Shown here one piece after another: positions 58,528-64,000 of a DNA stretch of 64,000 bases (its first letter is position 1; each line of letters opens with the position of its first letter). The notes under the pieces are model-generated. The model saw nothing but the letters and a program-made list of their open reading frames with translations. It did no database searches and was not told the DNA's origin. The stretch covers positions 1,760,001-1,824,000 of the forward strand of contig OZ245011.1 of assembly GCA_965223665.1 (NCBI GenBank). The letters run 5' to 3'. The translations under genes were made by a program, and so were the position numbers. Source of the DNA: Nitrospinaceae bacterium. Lineage in GTDB: Bacteria; Nitrospinota; Nitrospinia; Nitrospinales; Nitrospinaceae.

Positions 58528-59250
58528 ATGATTAAGTTTTATCTCATTGTGACCAAAGTAATTTTAATTCCTACGCTCCTATTTTTATTCGTGGGTTTTT
58601 TAGCGTTATCGCGCACCAGCTTTGACTTTCAAAGCTTTGTCGCTCTAGATGACAATGATCCGGTCATTGATACCGCGCCATCCCTGCCTGCGAAATTTTG
58701 CCCCACTGGAGAAACGTTTATTAAATTGGACAGCCCGGGTAATATTTCATGTGTGCCTGTAAAGTTTCCTTATAACTGTTCACGCATCACGAGCGGTGCC
58801 AACTTAAGTGGATGTGACCTTCAGGGAAGAGATTTACAATATCACGATTTATCGGAAGTGACTCTTCAGGATGCTTTATTGATAGACTCGAATCTGGAAA
58901 GCGCCAATTTAACCCGTGCCGTATTATCCAACACAAATTTGAGTAACACTCGCTTAACTGGCGCAAACTTTTCAGGAGCCGACCTGCAGAACGCTAGTTT
59001 TGATGGGAATCTATCTCTGACACAAACCAATTTTTCGAACGCCAATTTGCAATTTGCAGACTTATCCCGAACGAATCTGTCTAATGCAATTTTATCTGGA
59101 GCCAACCTTACCGATGCCAACTTGCTGAACGCCGACTTGACCGGTGCCGATGTCCTCGGAGTGACATGGAGTAATACCTTGTGTCCCAATGGCACTAACT
59201 CAAATAGCCATCCTACCGGAGATTGCAGCGGCCAAGGCGGCGGATTATAG
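58528..59250 (+). CDS. Pentapeptide-repeat protein with N-terminal TM
   Basis: A[DN]L.. repeats and C-terminal TLCPNGT cap. Confidence 0.9.
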   Translation: MIKFYLIVTKVILIPTLLFLFVGFLALSRTSFDFQSFVALDDNDPVIDTAPSLPAKFCPTGETFIKLDSPGNISCVPVKFPYNCSRITSGANLSGCDLQGRDLQYHDLSEVTLQDALLIDSNLESANLTRAVLSNTNLSNTRLTGANFSGADLQNASFDGNLSLTQTNFSNANLQFADLSRTNLSNAILSGANLTDANLLNADLTGADVLGVTWSNTLCPNGTNSNSHPTGDCSGQGGGL

Positions 59251-59296
59251 CAACACATAAGGTTCCCTTTCAAAATAGAACAGACCGATCTTTTTC

Positions 59297-59443
59297 TTAT
59301 GCCGAGAAGAAAGCCCAGGCCATAAAACCAAGAGCAATGGCAATCGCTGTAACGAACCCCGTATGAATAAAAATAGTTAACCAACGCGGCTCATGGTTAT
59401 AACTCAAATATTTAAAGATTCCTTTTTTGTTTGCTGTTTTCAT
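59297..59443 (-). CDS. 48-aa tail-anchored membrane protein
   Basis: RBS AGGAGG before ATG 59443. MKTANKKG... with a C-terminal TM. Confidence 0.65.
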   Translation of the reverse strand: MKTANKKGIFKYLSYNHEPRWLTIFIHTGFVTAIAIALGFMAWAFFSA

Positions 59444-59590
59444 GATTAACCTCCTTTTAAATGACCCTTCATAAAAAGGGATTATTAATAAACACAACTT
59501 GTTGAATCAGGAGACCCATGTATTCCCTCTTTTCTAAAGAGGGCCAGGGTGATTCACCTTAAGGAGTTTTCAAATTAACTAACATTTCTT

Positions 59591-60238
59591 TCAATCCAAC
59601 CATTCCACTTGTCCGGTGTCTAAATGATAAAACCCTGAAACCACCTTCACCGAACCGTCATAGACATGTTTATAGATCGACTCACTCATATGTTTGATAT
59701 CTTCACAGGTGAGACGCACATGCATTCTTGTCACTGCTTCCAAAGATTTCTTATTCGCCGCCTTGACTGCGGGAGTGAGCCCTTCCACCAGGCTGGGCAG
59801 GTAACCGGGAAGATTCTCATCTTCCATAGCCGCATGAATGGTGCCGCATTTCTGGTGACCCAAAACAACAATGAGCGACACTCCCAAATAATCCACCGCA
59901 TACTCCAGGCTGCCGAGATTCATATCATTGAGTATGTTCCCGGCAACCCGCACAACGTACAAGTCCCCCAGCCCGCAGTCGAAAAGAATTTCCGGAGTCA
60001 CCTGCGAATCCGCGCAAGTCAGAACTGCAGCAAAAGGGTATTGACCTGTGGACACTTCCCGGATCCGCTCCGGATCCTGGTTCGGCTTCAAAGAAGTGCC
60101 CATGAAGTGCCTTTGATTGCCTTCACTTAAAAGTGTGAAGGCATCCTTAACCAACGGGTTGCCCATTTTGTTTTTATTCCTTTTATTTTCCATTCTCATA
60201 GTTAACATTTTCATCTCCAAAATATCAGGCAAACCCAT
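59591..60238 (-). CDS. Beta-class carbonic anhydrase (Arg-to-Gln variant)
   Basis: EGNQR, GQYP, CADSQ, PEILFD, VRVAGN, LGSLEYAV, GHQKCG. True start is probably one of the downstream ATGs. Confidence 0.9.
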   Translation of the reverse strand: MGLPDILEMKMLTMRMENKRNKNKMGNPLVKDAFTLLSEGNQRHFMGTSLKPNQDPERIREVSTGQYPFAAVLTCADSQVTPEILFDCGLGDLYVVRVAGNILNDMNLGSLEYAVDYLGVSLIVVLGHQKCGTIHAAMEDENLPGYLPSLVEGLTPAVKAANKKSLEAVTRMHVRLTCEDIKHMSESIYKHVYDGSVKVVSGFYHLDTGQVEWLD

Positions 60239-60313
60239 TTCTTTTATATCTTGTGCCTGCGTTGGATAATCCCAAATCCTCAGGCGCGAAATTATTTATT
60301 TAAAAAAACCTGA

Positions 60314-60487
60314 CGGTTAGGCCAGTCGCCGATCCGGAAACTCAAAATCATCTCCGGATACCCCTTTTACTAAATTACCTGCCACCGTTGCGGCAATTTA
60401 TCCGGCTTCCATTCTGGCACCCGGTGCCAGAAAAAACTTTAACTACAATGGAATGGCGAAATTACAACCGCCCGACTGGCCCATCCG
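60314..60487 (-). ncRNA. Candidate structured cis-regulatory RNA (five-way junction) upstream of carbonic anhydrase
   Basis: GC-rich patch with a closing stem and four hairpins. The mismatches read as G-U wobbles only on the minus strand. Confidence 0.55.
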
Positions 60488-60693
60488 CTCCAATTCGATA
60501 TTTGAATTTTTGTATTCATTTTTTTTCAACTCAAACCCAAAATTCTTAAATATGGAACTGCGGTCTTGGGGGGGAAAGCCTCATTTCGGCTTACCCTTTT
60601 TACCTTTCTGTAAGTTTAGAGGTTAATTAGTTTATTAAGTTCCTTAAATGTTTTTATGATATAATTTGATTTAATTAAACATTAGGAGGGCCT

Positions 60694-61614
60694 ATGATCT
60701 GGTTGAATTATCAACATTTACGTTACTTTCAAGTCGTCGCGCAGGAAGGAAGTATCGTCCGTGCCTCCGAGAAATTGAACCTGGGACAACCGGCCATCAG
60801 CATCCAGCTCAAAGAATTGGAAAACCAACTCGGGCACACACTTTTTGAACGCAGAAACCGAAAATTAATTCTGACCCAGGCGGGAAAAGTGACTCTGGAA
60901 TACGCCAATCTTATTTTTAATTTGGGGGATGAGCTGAAAGAAGTTTTGCAGGATGGATCCTTCAAAAAGAAAGTGCACCTGGAAGTCGGGGTTCTGGACA
61001 GCATTCCCAAAACTATTATTCAACACCTGACCGATGCCGCTCGAGATTGGGGTCCGTGCACTGTAACCATTTTGGAAGGACCCGGCGATTTTCTTTTTCG
61101 GGAACTGTTAGCCCATCGAATAGATCTTGCGATTACCGACTACCAGCCTGATATTAGCGATGCAAAACGTTTTAACATTCGATCCCTGGGAAAACACAAA
61201 ATGACCGTATTCGGTGCGCGCAAATTCAAAAACCTTGCGAAAAATTTTCCGGCGTCGCTAAAGGGACAACCTTTTCTGCTACCGACACTTCACAGCAAAC
61301 GCCGGCACGACCTGGATCACTATTTCCAAACGCGCAAACTGAATGTGGAAGTGGCAATGGAAACGCAGGATATCAGTGTTCAAAAGTTGATGGGAATTTC
61401 CGGAATGGGTATGATTGCCGTTCCCGATTACGCCGGTCAGGGTTTGGTGAAGGACAAAAAACTGTTTCCCATAGGGGTTATGGAAAACGTTCACGAAGAA
61501 ACGTTTCTGGTGTCATCGCCAAGAACCATCACCAACCCCGTCGCTGATTTTCTGATGGAGGAGTTCGACCTGTTGTTCCACCAGGCCACCAAACCCGAAT
61601 CCTCAGAACTTTAA
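60694..61614 (+). CDS. nhaR: LysR-family regulator, NhaR-like
   Basis: WLNYQHLRYF..VA.EGSI.RA...L...QPAIS.Q and VGV.DSIPK are NhaR-type signatures. RBS AGGAGG. Confidence 0.75.
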   Translation: MIWLNYQHLRYFQVVAQEGSIVRASEKLNLGQPAISIQLKELENQLGHTLFERRNRKLILTQAGKVTLEYANLIFNLGDELKEVLQDGSFKKKVHLEVGVLDSIPKTIIQHLTDAARDWGPCTVTILEGPGDFLFRELLAHRIDLAITDYQPDISDAKRFNIRSLGKHKMTVFGARKFKNLAKNFPASLKGQPFLLPTLHSKRRHDLDHYFQTRKLNVEVAMETQDISVQKLMGISGMGMIAVPDYAGQGLVKDKKLFPIGVMENVHEETFLVSSPRTITNPVADFLMEEFDLLFHQATKPESSEL

Positions 61615-61733
61615 AAAAGAGCGGGGTGGGCTCTATAAGATAGATAGAGCTATTTTATACACCATGGGATTCATCGGCCTGAGATTGTCTCATGGATAAA
61701 AGTAAGTCATGAAATAATGACTCAACTTTATCT

Positions 61734-63899
61734 TTAATTTTGTCCGGCTCTTTGCAACATTTGGCGAATCTGATTTGTTTTGGCAACCTTAAGAGCGGTC
61801 TCGCCATTTTTGGTTTGAAGACTTACATTGGCTCCCTTATCCAGCAACAACTGAACTATTTGGGTAAAACCCCTCTCTGACGCCATCATTAAGGCCGACC
61901 ATCCTTCACTGGTTTGGAGATCTGCGTTGGCTCCCTTGTCTAATAACAACTGAACTATTTCGGGGGCGCCCTTTTCAGACCCTTTCATTAAAGCCGTCGA
62001 TCCCTTACTCGATTGGAGGTCTACGTTGGCTCCCTTATTCAACAACAACTTCAGTATTTCTGTATGACCTTCTTGAGACGCCATATATAAAGCCGTGAAT
62101 CCCCCATTGGATTGAAGATTCAGGTTTGCTGTCCTGTCTAAAAATAATTTCACGATTTCTGTATGACCATTCTTGGAAGCTATCATTAAGGACGTCCAAC
62201 CTTTATTGACTTGAAGATTTATGTCGGCTCCTTTTTCCAACAACAACTGCACTATTTGGGCATGACCGTTTTGTGACGCAACATATACCGGCGTCCATCC
62301 TTTGTCGACTTTTAGATTCGGGTCAGCCCCCTTATCCAATAACAACCGCGCTGATTCTGTATGACCATTTTGTGACGCTAAATATAAGGCGGTCCAACCG
62401 TCATTTGATTTAAGATCCGGCTTGGCTCCCTTGTCCAACAACAACTGCACTATTTCGCTATAACCCTTATCCGCGGCTATCGTTAAGGCTCTCCATCCGT
62501 CACCTGCGGGAAAATCTATATTGGCTCCCTTATCTAATAACAACTGCACTACCTGGGTATGCCCCTTATCCGAAGCTGCCATTAAGGCCGTAGATCCTTT
62601 TTTGGTTGGAATATCTGTGTTGGCTCCTTTATCCAGCAACAACTTCACGATTTCTGTAAAATTCTTTTGTGACGCTACATATAAAGCCGTCCATCCTTTT
62701 TTGGCTTGAAGATCGGTGTTAGCTCCCTTTTCCAGCAACAACTTGACGATTTCTGTACGACCAAACTCAGAGGCTACCATTAAGGCCGTCCACCCCTCTT
62801 TTGCTTGAAGATTGATGTTAGCTCCCTTATCCAGCAACATCTTCACGATTTCTGTTTGACCTACTTGTGACGCTACGTATAAGGCCGTGTATCCCTTATC
62901 AGATTGAAGATTTGCGTTGGCCCCCTTATCCAGCAACATCTTGACGATTTCTTTATGACCATCCTGGGCTGCCATATATAAGGCGGGTACTCCTTTTTTG
63001 GATTGAATATCTACGTTGGCTCCCTTATTCAATAACAACTCGACTATTTTTCCATGACCCTCCTGAGACGCAATTTTTAAGGCCGTCGCACCTTGATTTT
63101 CCTGCAAATCCACCTGGGCTCCCTTATCCAGCAACAACTTTACAATTTCTGTATGGCCATCCTTAGTCGCCAGCATTAGGGCCGTCCATCCGTTATCGGT
63201 TTGAAGATCTGTGTTGGCTCCCTTATCCAGCAACAACTGCACTATTTCTTTGCGTCCATCCTGAGACGCTCTCGTTAAGGCGGTCCATTTTTTATTTACC
63301 TGAAGATCTACGTTGGCTCCCTTACTCAGCAACAACTGGACTATTTTTGCATGACCCTCCTGAGACGCCAGATATAAGGCCGTCCACCCTTTGTTAGCTT
63401 GAAGATTTACCTTGGCTCCCTTGTCTAACAACAACTGCGCTATTTTTAAATGACCATACTCAGACACCACTATTAAGGCCGTCCATCCTTTATCGTTTCG
63501 AATATTTACATTTGCTCCCTTATCCAGCAACAACTGCGCTATTTCTGCAAAACCATTTTGTGACGCTATCATTAAGGCCGTCCACCCTTTCGTTGACTGA
63601 AAATTTACGTCTACTCCTTGTGACAACAATGATTTTACCTGCGCTATTTTATTATTAAATGTTGCCTCTATTAAGCGCCTTTCATTTTGAGATGAAGATA
63701 ATGGTTTGGCTTTTGAAGTTGAAAGAGGTTTATTGGAAAGGCTGGGGCTTTTTTGACTTGTCGAACAGGACGTTAAAAACAAACCTGCTAAAAAAATAAC
63801 GAGCAAAAAATATTTAGAAAGTAACTTAACGGTATGATCCGTACGGTTCGGGTAAGAGTATTGACGGGTTCCTTCCATTATCCTCAGATGCCTCCACAT
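61734..63899 (-). CDS. Ankyrin-repeat lipoprotein (~18 full repeats plus caps)
   Basis: 33-aa G.TAL..A...G...IV.LLL.KGA repeats and lipobox LTSC. Start uncertain. Confidence 0.92.
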   Translation of the reverse strand: MWRHLRIMEGTRQYSYPNRTDHTVKLLSKYFLLVIFLAGLFLTSCSTSQKSPSLSNKPLSTSKAKPLSSSQNERRLIEATFNNKIAQVKSLLSQGVDVNFQSTKGWTALMIASQNGFAEIAQLLLDKGANVNIRNDKGWTALIVVSEYGHLKIAQLLLDKGAKVNLQANKGWTALYLASQEGHAKIVQLLLSKGANVDLQVNKKWTALTRASQDGRKEIVQLLLDKGANTDLQTDNGWTALMLATKDGHTEIVKLLLDKGAQVDLQENQGATALKIASQEGHGKIVELLLNKGANVDIQSKKGVPALYMAAQDGHKEIVKMLLDKGANANLQSDKGYTALYVASQVGQTEIVKMLLDKGANINLQAKEGWTALMVASEFGRTEIVKLLLEKGANTDLQAKKGWTALYVASQKNFTEIVKLLLDKGANTDIPTKKGSTALMAASDKGHTQVVQLLLDKGANIDFPAGDGWRALTIAADKGYSEIVQLLLDKGAKPDLKSNDGWTALYLASQNGHTESARLLLDKGADPNLKVDKGWTPVYVASQNGHAQIVQLLLEKGADINLQVNKGWTSLMIASKNGHTEIVKLFLDRTANLNLQSNGGFTALYMASQEGHTEILKLLLNKGANVDLQSSKGSTALMKGSEKGAPEIVQLLLDKGANADLQTSEGWSALMMASERGFTQIVQLLLDKGANVSLQTKNGETALKVAKTNQIRQMLQRAGQN

Positions 63900-64000
63900 T
63901 TTTAGTCCAAATTGAATAACAGAATACTACAACAGGCAGAAATTTTAGTGAAATACTAATTTGGGAAAGCTGAATTGCCAGGTATGTATAAAAATTATGT

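Noticed and set aside
58866-59384. 172-aa minus-strand ORF
   Set aside because: Antisense to the pentapeptide-repeat gene.
60412-60432. TGGCAC-containing palindrome considered as a sigma54 promoter
   Set aside because: GG-to-GC spacing is 8, not 10. Better explained as a stem of the RNA candidate.
61800-63600. Regularly spaced DNA repeats considered as CRISPR or a DGR template
   Set aside because: They are 99-bp in-frame ankyrin coding repeats. There are no cas or reverse transcriptase genes and no adenine-specific variation was evident.

Overview
AT-rich bacterial chromosomal window with no rRNA, tRNA, CRISPR array, integrase or transposase recognised. The gene mix looks like a Gram-negative bacterium, possibly Nitrospina-like, but this is an unverified impression. 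Main contents: (1) small hypothetical and DNA-repair genes, plus a sigma54-driven pilVWX minor pilin cluster; (2) a 10.7-kb block bounded by a ~173-bp near-perfect direct repeat, carrying TIR-TM-WD40, an alpha/beta-hydrolase lipoprotein, a stand-alone autotransporter barrel, an E-H-S subtilase-vWA protein and a SLATT/DUF4231 protein; (3) a dense signalling cluster with five histidine kinases, a single-domain response regulator and twin REC-GGDEF genes; (4) four consecutive transcription units sharing an ECF-like promoter, three of which also carry a palindromic operator. These drive a 1.9-kaa fascin/ricin giant protein, a cytochrome c operon, DUF6868 and a metallophosphoesterase split by beta/gamma-crystallin repeats; (5) a 66-aa histone-fold/PCP_red-like protein and unannotated small membrane peptides; (6) a beta-carbonic anhydrase with a broken Asp-Arg dyad, divergent from an NhaR-like LysR gene, with a ~175-nt five-way-junction RNA candidate in its leader; (7) an ankyrin lipoprotein with ~20 repeats. 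The best novelty candidates are the leader RNA/CA/NhaR locus, the shared promoter-operator regulon, the repeat-bounded TIR/SLATT island, the split phosphoesterase and the histone-like protein. All family assignments come from motif recognition by eye, not from database searches.
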